From Spirochaetia bacterium (lineage in GTDB: Bacteria; Spirochaetota; Spirochaetia; SZUA-6; Bin103), in the NCBI GenBank assembly GCA_965199955.1, contig CBDATQ010000002.1, positions 704,001-768,000 on the forward strand: DNA of 64,000 nucleotides. Reading direction: 5' to 3'. This document shows positions 29,488 to 38,495 of the stretch, in pieces. A model generated the notes under the pieces. It searched no databases, was not told the DNA's origin, and was given only the letters and a program-made list of their open reading frames with translations. The number at the start of each line of letters is the position of its first letter. The stretch's first letter is position 1. The position numbers were made by a program, and so were the translations under genes.

Positions 29488-30414
29488 CTACCAGATGCCC
29501 TCACCGCGGATGCGGATCGACAGCTTGTTGATCACCAGGACGACCCCGAACGACACCAGGTTGTTGAGCAGACCGATCGCCGTTCCGTAGGAGAACTCTC
29601 CTCCCTGGATGCCGCGACGATACACGTAGGTGGCGATGACGTCGGCGGTCTCGTAGATGCCGGGGTTCTGCATCAGGAAAGCCTTCTCGAAGCCCACCTG
29701 CACGACGTTGCGCGTGGCCAGGATGAACAGCACCACCATCGTCGGCATGATTCCGGGGACGGTGATGAAGCGCACCTGCTGCAGCCGTCCGGCTCCGTCG
29801 ATTCTGGCCGACTCGTACAGCTCGACGCTGATGCCGGCCATCGCCGCCAGATAGATTATCGTCCCCCAGCCGACGTCCTGCCAGACGCCGGAGGCGACGT
29901 ACAGCGGGCGGAACCAGGCAGGGTCGCTCAGGAAATCGGGCTCGAAACCCAAGCGGTTGACTACCTGCGTCGCCAAGCCGTCGAAGCTGAAGAACTGGTA
30001 GATCAGGCCGACGACGATGACCACGGCGATGAAGTGCGGCAGGTAGGAGATCGACTGCACCACCCGTTTGAACCAGCGCACGCGCATCTCGTTCAACAAC
30101 AACGCGAAGATGATTGGTGCCGGAAACCCGAATGCCAGGTTGAGTGCGCCGAGCAGCAGCGTGTTGCGCACCAGGCGCCAGAGAAAGGGATCGGCCAGGA
30201 AGTCCTCGATGTACTTCAGGCCGATCCACTCGCCTCCGAAGAACCCATCCAGCGGGGTGTAGCGCTTGAAGGCGATGGTGATGCCGTAGATCGGTACCCA
30301 GTGGAAGACGAACGACCACAGGATCACGATGCCGATCATGACGTACAGAGCGGGGGCCTGACGGATCGACCGTCTGGTCGCGGCGCCGCTCGCGGCGACG
30401 GCCTGCTGGTTCAT
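29488..30414 (-). CDS. Carbohydrate ABC permease (LplB/MalF-like)
   Basis: FPAPIIFALLLNE, YLPHF, GWGTIIYLAA, LYESARIDGA. Confidence 0.93.
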   Translation of the reverse strand: MNQQAVAASGAATRRSIRQAPALYVMIGIVILWSFVFHWVPIYGITIAFKRYTPLDGFFGGEWIGLKYIEDFLADPFLWRLVRNTLLLGALNLAFGFPAPIIFALLLNEMRVRWFKRVVQSISYLPHFIAVVIVVGLIYQFFSFDGLATQVVNRLGFEPDFLSDPAWFRPLYVASGVWQDVGWGTIIYLAAMAGISVELYESARIDGAGRLQQVRFITVPGIMPTMVVLFILATRNVVQVGFEKAFLMQNPGIYETADVIATYVYRRGIQGGEFSYGTAIGLLNNLVSFGVVLVINKLSIRIRGEGIW

Positions 30415-30475
30415 GGTGCGGTGTCGCGGGCCCGGACGACGTGGCATCGCCGCACGGCGTAGGTGCGGCAGGGCC

Positions 30476-30507
30476 GGCGGCACCGCCGTGGGTACGGCTG
30501 TGCCGCC
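30476..30507. promoter_or_regulatory. GC-rich stem-loop between SBP and permease genes
   Basis: GGCGGCAC-C-GCCGT / ACGGC-T-GTGCCGCC inverted repeat. Confidence 0.5.
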
Positions 30508-30534
30508 AGCCTGCAACGAGCCATGCTGGTGCGA

Positions 30535-32175
30535 CTACAGCGAGCGGTATCGCTCCAGCGCGGCCTGGTAGATCTCCTCGAGGCGTGCGTGTCCCAGTTC
30601 CTGCAGGCGCGCCACGAAGTCGTCCCACTCGGCGATCGGCCGGTGGCCGTTGACGAACGCGACCACCTGTTCGTCGACATAGGTGGCCAGGGCGGCTTCC
30701 AGGGAGTTCTTCTCCTCCTGCTCCTCGGTTGTGAACGGAAACCCCGGCTCGGGCGTCGCATTCCACACGTCGGCCGCCTTGAACTGCTCGATCACGGGCA
30801 GGTTGGGCAACTGCGATTCCACGCCGGGCGCGGTCACGTCGTAGTAGCGTCCCAGGTTGTCCTTGCCCCACGTGTCGCGCGGGTGCATCACCGAAAACTG
30901 GCCGATGCCCAACCCGCGCGTCTTCGACCGAGCCGGATCCGCCTCGACCTCAGCGGCCGGATAGAAGCCGCTCCAGTTGAGGATCCAGCGGCGACCCCAG
31001 AACGGGTTGGCGTCGGCGACCCAAGCGTAGCCCTCCGGACCGTAGTTGAGCAGCTCGGCACCGTCGTCGCTGTAGGCGTAGTCCATCATGCGCACGGCGG
31101 CGTCGACCGCATGGCTCTTGGCATCGATCACGATGACGCTGTCAGACACCCGTTTCGGGGCGCGGATGTTCGCCCGTACCCCTTCGTAGACAGGAGGCAG
31201 CAGGTTGACTTCCTGCGACAGCAACAGGTCCAGGTGCTCGGGCGGCTTGTTGACCATCCGATCGCCGAAGTTGCCACCGATCGGGCCGAAGAAGACCGCG
31301 TATCCGTCCTGCTCGTACAGAGAGACCTGCTCCTCCTCCGTCATGGTGACCCACGCGGGATGCAGCCAGCCGTTGGCGTACGCCTTGGACAGGAACTCGA
31401 TGGCGCCGCGAAAGCGGCTGGTGGCCGGGCCCCAGACGTACTGGTCGTCGTCGTCGTACCACATGCGGATCCAGGTGCCCAGCATGTGGGTCATGGGCCG
31501 CACGACCCAGCCGCGGATCGCGCTGCCGCGTCGGTTGATGATCATCGGTTGCGGGGTGCGGCCCTGGTTGTAGCCCTGGTACACGGCGGCGAATGCGGTC
31601 TCCCAGTCCTCAAGCGTCTCGATGGAGCCCGCGACATCGTCGATGTCGCCGTCCCAGCCGCCGGCGGTCAGGTGGTCCTTGCGAACCTTGATGCCGACCA
31701 TGGGTGCGCTGGCCCACATGCTGAGCCGCGGCAAGGCGTAGGTATTGCCGTCCGGTGCGACCTTCAGCGCTTCCGGAACGTCGGCGAGCACGCCGGCCAG
31801 GTTGGGCATCGCGCCCGCGTCGAGCTGCTCGGAGATGTTCACGAACGCGCCGCGCGGGCCGAGGTCGAAGTGGATGTTGCGGATGTCCGGACTGGTCAGA
31901 CTCATGACGTCGGGCAGGTCGCCGGCGGCGAGCATCGTCTGCACCCGCGTCGCCTGGTCCTCGGACGACACGTTGATCGGCACGATGCGTGCGCCGACCT
32001 GCTCGCCCCACCAGGCGAAGGTCTCGGTGTCGGCGGTGGCGTCGGGTGTAAACTCGAAGAACCCGAGGAACTCCAGCTCCGGCGCGTCGTCCCCGGCGGC
32101 TGCCTCTTCTTCTCCCGAACCCCAAGCGGACATGCCGACTGCGAGCGCCAGCAGAACGATGAGTACTTGTCTCAC
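30535..32175 (-). CDS. Extracellular solute-binding protein, family 1 (LplA-like)
   Basis: Signal peptide, AGDLPD, MPNL, DGNTYALP, NYGPEG; GTG after GGGAGG. Confidence 0.88.
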   Translation of the reverse strand: MRQVLIVLLALAVGMSAWGSGEEEAAAGDDAPELEFLGFFEFTPDATADTETFAWWGEQVGARIVPINVSSEDQATRVQTMLAAGDLPDVMSLTSPDIRNIHFDLGPRGAFVNISEQLDAGAMPNLAGVLADVPEALKVAPDGNTYALPRLSMWASAPMVGIKVRKDHLTAGGWDGDIDDVAGSIETLEDWETAFAAVYQGYNQGRTPQPMIINRRGSAIRGWVVRPMTHMLGTWIRMWYDDDDQYVWGPATSRFRGAIEFLSKAYANGWLHPAWVTMTEEEQVSLYEQDGYAVFFGPIGGNFGDRMVNKPPEHLDLLLSQEVNLLPPVYEGVRANIRAPKRVSDSVIVIDAKSHAVDAAVRMMDYAYSDDGAELLNYGPEGYAWVADANPFWGRRWILNWSGFYPAAEVEADPARSKTRGLGIGQFSVMHPRDTWGKDNLGRYYDVTAPGVESQLPNLPVIEQFKAADVWNATPEPGFPFTTEEQEEKNSLEAALATYVDEQVVAFVNGHRPIAEWDDFVARLQELGHARLEEIYQAALERYRSL

Positions 32176-32223
32176 GATAGAATCCTCCCGTCGATTGCAC
32201 CCGTGTGAGCGGGCTTGGCCGCG

Positions 32224-32253
32224 AGTATAGGTTTCGTTGCGGGGCCTTGTCAC
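32224..32253 (-). promoter_or_regulatory. Putative sigma70 promoter for the SBP-permease-fadJ-like operon
   Basis: GTGACA-18 bp-TATACT on the minus strand about 50 nt upstream of the SBP start. Confidence 0.4.
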
Positions 32254-32347
32254 GGTACCGCCCGGCGAGCCGGGACTCGGCGGGTCGTGCGCGACCGCTC
32301 ACGGCCGTGCTTGACATGCCGTGAGGCTGCGGCCAGTGTCGCCGCCA

Positions 32348-33319
32348 GTGTCGCAGATGACGTTCGCGCAGTCGGTCAACGCCGGCCTCCGGGAGGAGAT
32401 GCGGCGTGATGCCGGCGTGGTGGTGATGGGCGAGGACGTCGGCCACTACGGCGGCGTATTCGGCGTCACGCGCGGCCTGCAGGACGAGTTCGGAGCCGAG
32501 CGCGTGCGCGACGCGCCGCTGTGCGAGGCGGCGATCGTCGGTTTCTGCGTCGGCTTGGCGGTGGCCGGCAAGCCGGCCGTCGCGGAGCTCGAGTTCATGG
32601 ACTTCGTCACCTTCGCCATGGACCCGATCGTCAACCAGGCCGCGAAGCTCCGCTACTTCTGGGGCGGACAGGTCTCGGTGCCGCTGGTGGTGCGGGCCCC
32701 GGTGGCCGCCAACCTCGGCTTCGGCAGCCAGCACTCGCAGAGCCTGGAGGCGTGGTTCATGCATGTGCCCGGCCTGCGCATCGCCATGCCCTCCAACGGC
32801 TACGACGCCAAGGGCCTGATCAAGACCGCGGTCCGCGATCCCAACCCGGTGCTGTTCCTGGAGAACATCAGCCTCTACCCCAGCCGCGTGGAGGTCCCGG
32901 AAGAGGAGTACCTGATCCCCTTTGGGGAGGCGCATGTGGTCCGCACCGGCAGCGACGTGACCGTGGTGGCGCTGGCGTCGATGGTGCCGCGCGCGCTGGA
33001 GGCCGCCGACGCACTGACCGCGGACGGCATCAGCGCGGAGATCATCGATCCGCGCACGCTGGCCCCACTTGACATCGACACGATCGTGGAGTCCGTGCGA
33101 AAAACCGGCCGCGTGGTCATCGCCCACGTGGCACACAAGACCGCCGGCGTCGGCGCCGAGATCGCCCAGCAGATCACGGAGCTGGCCTTCGATCACCTTG
33201 AAGCGCCGGTGCGGCGGGTCGCGGCGCTGGACAATCCCATCCCGGCGAGCCAGCCGCTGGAGGCGCAGGTGTTTCCGGGAACGGACGAGATCGTGGAGGC
33301 CTGTCGTGCCCTCGGTTGA
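32348..33319 (+). CDS. 2-oxoacid/acetoin dehydrogenase E1 beta subunit
   Basis: MGEDVG, DAPLCEAAIVG, SQHSQS, DPNPVLFLE, IDPRTLAPLD; start uncertain (32321/32348/32358). Confidence 0.92.
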   Translation: MSQMTFAQSVNAGLREEMRRDAGVVVMGEDVGHYGGVFGVTRGLQDEFGAERVRDAPLCEAAIVGFCVGLAVAGKPAVAELEFMDFVTFAMDPIVNQAAKLRYFWGGQVSVPLVVRAPVAANLGFGSQHSQSLEAWFMHVPGLRIAMPSNGYDAKGLIKTAVRDPNPVLFLENISLYPSRVEVPEEEYLIPFGEAHVVRTGSDVTVVALASMVPRALEAADALTADGISAEIIDPRTLAPLDIDTIVESVRKTGRVVIAHVAHKTAGVGAEIAQQITELAFDHLEAPVRRVAALDNPIPASQPLEAQVFPGTDEIVEACRALG

Positions 33320-34283
33320 CCCAATCTCGGCTGAAAGACCCCCGGAGCAGCGCGCGGAGGTGCTGCGCCGCATGTGGCTGATCCGCCACTTCGAGGAGGA
33401 GGCGGTCCGCCTGTACGGTGAGGGCCGCTACCGCGGCTCGACCCATCCGTACATCGCCCAGGAAGCGACCGCGCTTGCCGTGTGCGCGGCGCTGCGGCCA
33501 ACCGACACGGTGCTGGCCACCTACCGCGGCCACGGCGCCGCGATCGCCGCCGGCTGCGACGTGGGCGCCATGATGGGTGAGCTGCTGGGCAAGGAGAGCG
33601 GGCTCTGCAAGGGCAAGGGCGGCTCCATGCACTTCAGCCACGTCGGCGACCGCTTGTTCGGCTGCAACGCCATCGTCTCCGGGCAGATCCCGATGGCCGG
33701 CGGTATCGCCCTGGCCGCGCGCATCGACGGCGGGGACGCGGTCACGGTCACCTTCTTCGGCGACGGCGCCTCCTGCGAAGGGGTGTTCTACGAAACCTTG
33801 AACATGGCCGTGCTCTGGAAGCTTCCGCTGGTGCTGGTCTGCGAGAACAACGAGTACGCGATCTCCACTCACTACACGCAGGCGGTGAGCGTCCCGCGCA
33901 TCTCCGACCGGGCCAAGGGGTTCGGCCTGCCGGGGGTGCACGTGGACGGCTGCGACTACGACACCGTGCACGCGGCCGCCGCGGATGCGGTCGCGCGAGC
34001 GCGGGCAGGCGAGGGACCCACCCTGATCGAGGCCAAGACCGTCCGCTGGACCCGGCACAGCGCCGTGGCAGCCGGTGGCTCGAGCGAAGGTGGCGAGAAG
34101 TGGCGGGAGACCGATCCGATCCCACGCTTCACCGAGCAGGCGATCGCCGAGGGGGCGCTCGACGCCGCGGCGGCCGAACGCATCCGCGACGAGGCACGCG
34201 CGGAGGTCGAGCGCGCCGCCGAGGCGGCGATCGCCGCGCCCTATCCGCCGCCGTCGGCGCTGGCCACCGACGTGTTTGCCTGA
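33306..34283 (+). CDS. 2-oxoacid/acetoin dehydrogenase E1 alpha subunit (TPP-dependent)
   Basis: IRHFEE, TYRGHG, KGKGGSMH, GDG...ENN TPP motif, GPTLIE. Confidence 0.92.
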   Translation: MPSVDPISAERPPEQRAEVLRRMWLIRHFEEEAVRLYGEGRYRGSTHPYIAQEATALAVCAALRPTDTVLATYRGHGAAIAAGCDVGAMMGELLGKESGLCKGKGGSMHFSHVGDRLFGCNAIVSGQIPMAGGIALAARIDGGDAVTVTFFGDGASCEGVFYETLNMAVLWKLPLVLVCENNEYAISTHYTQAVSVPRISDRAKGFGLPGVHVDGCDYDTVHAAAADAVARARAGEGPTLIEAKTVRWTRHSAVAAGGSSEGGEKWRETDPIPRFTEQAIAEGALDAAAAERIRDEARAEVERAAEAAIAAPYPPPSALATDVFA

Positions 34284-34288
34284 CGCGC

Positions 34289-34774
34289 ATGGTCGAAGCG
34301 GTCATCCCCAAGCTGGACGAGACGACGGAAGTCGCCACCGTCGAGCGCTGGCTGGTGCAGGAAGGCGAGCGCGTCGAGCAGGGGCAACCGATCTGCGAGG
34401 TGGAGACCGACAAGGCGCTGGTCCAGGTGGAGGCACCTGCCGCGGGCACCGTGCGCCGTCAGCTCATACCCGCCGGCACCGAGGTGCCGCCGCTGACCAT
34501 CGTCGCGCTGGTCGGCGACCCGGCCGAGCCGGTTCCGGAGGTCGATCCGTACGCGCGCGCTGCCGGGTCGCAGTCCTCCGCGCCGTCGGCGGGATCTCCG
34601 GCCGCGGCGCCATCGGCCGCTCCGCCATCCGCGCCGGTCTCGCGGGGAACGGCTGCATCGCCACGGGCTCGGCGGCTGGCCGAGGAGCTGGGCGTCGACT
34701 TGGGCACCGTCAGCGGCACCGGTCCGGGCGGCAAGATCACCGATCGCGACGTGCAACGGGCGTCTGGCCAATGA
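34289..34774 (+). CDS. Stand-alone lipoyl domain + E1/E3-binding domain protein (no acyltransferase domain)
   Basis: EVETDKA, Ala/Pro linker, ASPRARRLAEELGVDLGTVSGTGPGGKIT, then a stop overlapping the next ATG. Confidence 0.88.
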   Translation: MVEAVIPKLDETTEVATVERWLVQEGERVEQGQPICEVETDKALVQVEAPAAGTVRRQLIPAGTEVPPLTIVALVGDPAEPVPEVDPYARAAGSQSSAPSAGSPAAAPSAAPPSAPVSRGTAASPRARRLAEELGVDLGTVSGTGPGGKITDRDVQRASGQ

Positions 34775-35127
34775 GCGGGGCGGACACACCGACCTTCTTC
34801 GACTCGGAGGCCGTCGAGTGGCAGGCGCACCCGCTGTTCCCGCCGATCGACATCAAGGACCTGCAGCCGGGGGCCGCCCATCCGGCCGGCACGTTCAGCC
34901 TGATGCGCGTCAAGGTGGCGGCTGGCGGTCGCATCGACCCGCACACCCATCCCGTGGAGACCGAGACCGCCTACGTGCTGCGCGGCGCAGCCCGGCTGCT
35001 CTGCCAGGGCGTGGCCACCGAGCTGCGCGCCGGCGGCGGCGTCTCCATCCCGCCCGGCCTCGAACACTCGCTCGAAGCCGACGCCGAGGTCGAGCTGCTC
35101 GCCATCCACACCCCACCGCTGCGCTGA
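34771..35127 (+). CDS. Cupin domain protein
   Basis: HTHPVETE and IPPGLEHS metal-binding motifs. Confidence 0.85.
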   Translation: MSGADTPTFFDSEAVEWQAHPLFPPIDIKDLQPGAAHPAGTFSLMRVKVAAGGRIDPHTHPVETETAYVLRGAARLLCQGVATELRAGGGVSIPPGLEHSLEADAEVELLAIHTPPLR

Positions 35128-35192
35128 GCGCGGCGGATCGCACCGGCCGAGCGGTAGGGATCGACTGACCGAGATCTGGTAGAGACTTCACG

Positions 35193-35662
35193 ATGAACCC
35201 GGCGGACTTCTCCCCCGACCGGAAGTACCGCTACGTTCTGCGGCGCAAGATTGGCTCGTCCGCGCGGCGCGTTGTGTTCATCATGTTGAATCCGTCCATC
35301 GCGGACGAGGTTCGGACGGACCCGACCGTTCGCAGGTGCGTCGGATTCGCGCGGCGCTGGGGATTCGGGGCCTTGGAGGTCGTGAACCTGTTCGCGCTGG
35401 TGTCAACCGACCCGAATGGCCTGCAGGACGCGGACGATCCGGTGGGCCGGGAAACGACGCCGCGATCCGCTCGGCGCTGTCGTCAGCGGACAGGGTTGTT
35501 CTGGCGTGGGGCAACAACGGGCTGCGGCGCCGGGACAGGGCGGACGCGGTGATCGCGATGACGCGGAACGCGGGCATGCCATGCTGCTTCGGAATGACGA
35601 AGGAGGGCGCGCCCAGACATCCCTTGCGCCTGAGCGACAAGGCGGCGCTGACGCCATTCTGA
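35193..35662 (+). CDS. DUF1643 domain protein, frameshifted near 35447
   Basis: YRYVLRR, FIMLNPSIAD, DPTVRRC, VNLFA..TDP, then second frame NDAAI..VLAWG..G.PRHPL. Confidence 0.82.
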
Positions 35663-35733
35663 ACGTGATTGGGCGCCAGAGCAGGGGACACCGCATTGCT
35701 GTCTGATACCATGGCGAACCACGAGGTTTCAGG

Positions 35734-36425
35734 ATGAACGACGTGTCGACACTGGGGGCCTACACGTTTGCCGATGCCGCCCGCTACGTGGTGGCTCCGG
35801 TCGCAACCGTCCGTGCCTGGTTTCTTGGCACGACCACCGGAGCCGGTCGCTTCGAGCGCGTGCTACAGTTGGACGACTCCCAGCATCGGATGCTGTCGTT
35901 TCGCAACCTCGTGGAACTCCACGTTCTGAACTCCGTACGGCGGCGCCATCGTGTAACGCTGTTTAAGGTCAGAACGGCTATCGCAATCCTGTCGGAAGCT
36001 TGGGGCTCCGATCATCCGCTGGCTGAGCGGGACATGCTCACGGACGGCTACGATCTGTTTGCTCATGTGGCTGGCCTGCTGACCAACGTGAGCACGTCTG
36101 ACCAGCAGATCCTGCTCGACAAAGTCTTGCAGGCTGCGCTACGGAGAATCGACAGGCACCCGGCCGGCGGGGCGGCGAAGCTCTTTCCCTTTCGGCGGAC
36201 AACCTGGAGTCGGAGGAGCCGAAGACGATCGAGATCGACCCATCCGTTCAGTTCGGCCGGCCGTGCCTCACCGGCACGGGCATTCCGACGGAAGCGCTGT
36301 ACGACCGTCATGCCGGCGGGGAGGCCGTGGATCAACTCGCGGACGATTATGGACTGGCCGGCGAACGTGTGCGGGATGCCATCGAGTACGAGGAGCAACT
36401 GCGCACTCGGCTGTCTGCCGCTTGA
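35734..36425 (+). CDS. DUF433-containing antitoxin (VapB45-like), frameshifted near 36191
   Basis: YTFADAARY HTH, LSFRNLVE; second frame IDPSVQFGRPCLTGTGIPT...LADDYGL...VRDAIEYE. Confidence 0.8.
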
Positions 36426-36818
36426 CCGACGATTCACACATTCTTCATCGATCGTTCTCTCGGCAGGAACCTCATCGCGAGCACCATGGTGGAGCTCGGC
36501 TACCGGGTCGAACGCCATGCCGACCACTTCGGTCCCGCCGAGCAGGACGACTCGGAGTGTCTGACTCTGGCGGGTCGGCGCGGCTGGGCCGTGTTGAGCG
36601 CCGACAATCGGGTCCGCTATGCGGACATCGAGCGTCGGGCGATCACCGAGCACGGAGTTCGCTACTTCGTCTTCCGAGCCAACAACGTCTCAGGGCCACA
36701 GAAAGTCGCGCTGCTTCACAAGCATGACGCCAAGATCCGGCTCATCCTGGAGTCGGAGGAGGCGCCGTACATCGCTCGGATCACGAAGGAGAGGGTTCGG
36801 ATCGTGTTTCGCCCCTGA
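36422..36818 (+). CDS. PIN-domain toxin (VapC45-like), start region apparently frameshifted
   Basis: FFIDRSLG, DDSECL, LSADNRVRY; overlaps the antitoxin stop (TTGA). Confidence 0.78.
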
Positions 36819-36859
36819 GAGCGCTCGGGTGGATGCACGCGGGGGTGACCTGGGGTAGA

Positions 36860-37704
36860 ATGGCCGCATCGAACTGAAACTGGCCGGCGCGGATTTCACC
36901 TTTCCCCTGCTGTCGCATGACGACTCGCTGAAGCTGATCGCCATGCTGGGGCTGACCGGGGTCGACATCGGCCTGTTCGAAGACCGTTCGCACCTGTACC
37001 CGAGCCACGTGCTGGCCGACCCCAAGGCGTCCTCGGCCGACCTCGTGACCCGCGTGACCGACAAGGGGCTGGCGATTGCCGACATCTTCCTGCAGACCGC
37101 CGGCTTCGACACCATGACGGTGAACCACCCCGACGCCGCCGAGCGGCGCGGCTCGCGCGACCTGTTCGAGCGCACGCTGGAGTTCGTGCAGCTCTGCGAG
37201 ACCAGCCACATGACCATCCTGCCGGGGATCGAGTTCGACGGGGAATCGGCCGAAACTTCGCTGGCGCGCGCCGCCGAGGAGCTGTCGTGGCGCCTCGAAC
37301 GGGCGGCCGCCACCGGCGTCACGGTCAGCGTCGAGGCGCACGTCGGCTCCATCGTCCCGGATCCGGACGCCGCCTTGCGGCTGGTGGAGATGACGCCGGG
37401 GCTGACCCTGACGCTGGACTACACTCACTTCACCCGCGACGGCCTGCCCGACAGCGAGTCGGAGAAGCTGGTCCCGCACGCGTCCCACTTCCACGCCCGC
37501 GGCGCGGCGAAGGGGCGACTGCAGGTCAAGTTCACGGAGAACGTCATCGACTACGCGGGCGTGCTGCGCGCGCTCGACGCCGCCGACTACCGGGGCTGGG
37601 TCGGCGTCGAGTACGTCTGGCAGGACTGGGAGCGCAACAACGAGGTCGACAACGTGTCGGAGACGATCCTGATGCGCGACTTCCTGCTGGCCAACGCGCC
37701 GTAG
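36860..37704 (+). CDS. Sugar phosphate isomerase/epimerase (xylose isomerase-like TIM barrel)
   Basis: EAHVGS, LDYTHF, HFHARG, VEYVW metal ligands; ATG 36860 is one base out of frame. Confidence 0.82.
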
Positions 37705-37724
37705 GGCGCCTCGTGGGGGCTGAC

Positions 37725-38474
37725 ATGCGCGTCGACGGCCGGGTCGCGATCGTCACCGGAGCGGGACGCGGCATCGGCGCGTCCATCGCCGAGACGCTGG
37801 CCGGCGCGGGGGCGGCCGTGATGGTCTGCGACATCGAGGGGGAGTTGGCCGAGGCGCAGGCCGCCCGCATCCGCGACGCCGGCCATGCCGCCGACGCCAA
37901 CGCCGCCGACGTCAGCAAGCCGGCCGAATGTGACCGCGTGGCGGAAGAGACCGAGCGGCGGCACGGCGCCGTGCACATCCTGGTCAACTGCGCGGCGATC
38001 TGCCCGCGTATCGACATCCCCGACATGACCGAGCCCGACTACGACCGGATCATGGACACCAACCTCAAGTCCGTGTACTTCCTGAGCCGAGCCGCCGGCC
38101 GGGCGATGCGGCGCGCCGGCTGGGGCCGCATCGTCAACATGACCTCGGTCGGGGCGCGCACCGGCGGCATGCACCGGGTCACCGTCTACGCCGCCAGCAA
38201 GGCCGCCGTCATCTCGATGACCAAGGGGTTCGCCCGCCACCACGCCCCGGACGGCATCCTGGTCAACGCGGTGGCGCCCGGCGCCGTGGACACGCGGCTG
38301 ATCCGCATGCTGCCGCCGGAGGACCAGCAGGCGACCGTCGACGTGATCCCACTGAAGCGGCTGGCCGCGCCGGTGGAGATCGCGCGTGCGGTGCTGTTCC
38401 TGGCCTCCGATGCGAACACCTACATCACCGGAGCCACCACCGACGTCAACGGCGGCTCCTTCATGCCGGACTGA
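37725..38474 (+). CDS. SDR family oxidoreductase
   Basis: TGAGRGIG, YAASK, NAVAPG. Confidence 0.93.
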   Translation: MRVDGRVAIVTGAGRGIGASIAETLAGAGAAVMVCDIEGELAEAQAARIRDAGHAADANAADVSKPAECDRVAEETERRHGAVHILVNCAAICPRIDIPDMTEPDYDRIMDTNLKSVYFLSRAAGRAMRRAGWGRIVNMTSVGARTGGMHRVTVYAASKAAVISMTKGFARHHAPDGILVNAVAPGAVDTRLIRMLPPEDQQATVDVIPLKRLAAPVEIARAVLFLASDANTYITGATTDVNGGSFMPD

Positions 38475-38495
38475 TCCGGCCGGGGATGAGCTGAA

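Noticed and set aside
32332..32354. GCCAGTGTCGC direct repeat at the E1 beta start
   Set aside because: Two short copies in GC-rich DNA; insufficient evidence for an operator
35440..36445. Programmed ribosomal frameshifting in DUF1643 and the TA genes
   Set aside because: No canonical slippery heptamer with a stimulatory structure seen; sequence error or decay is simpler
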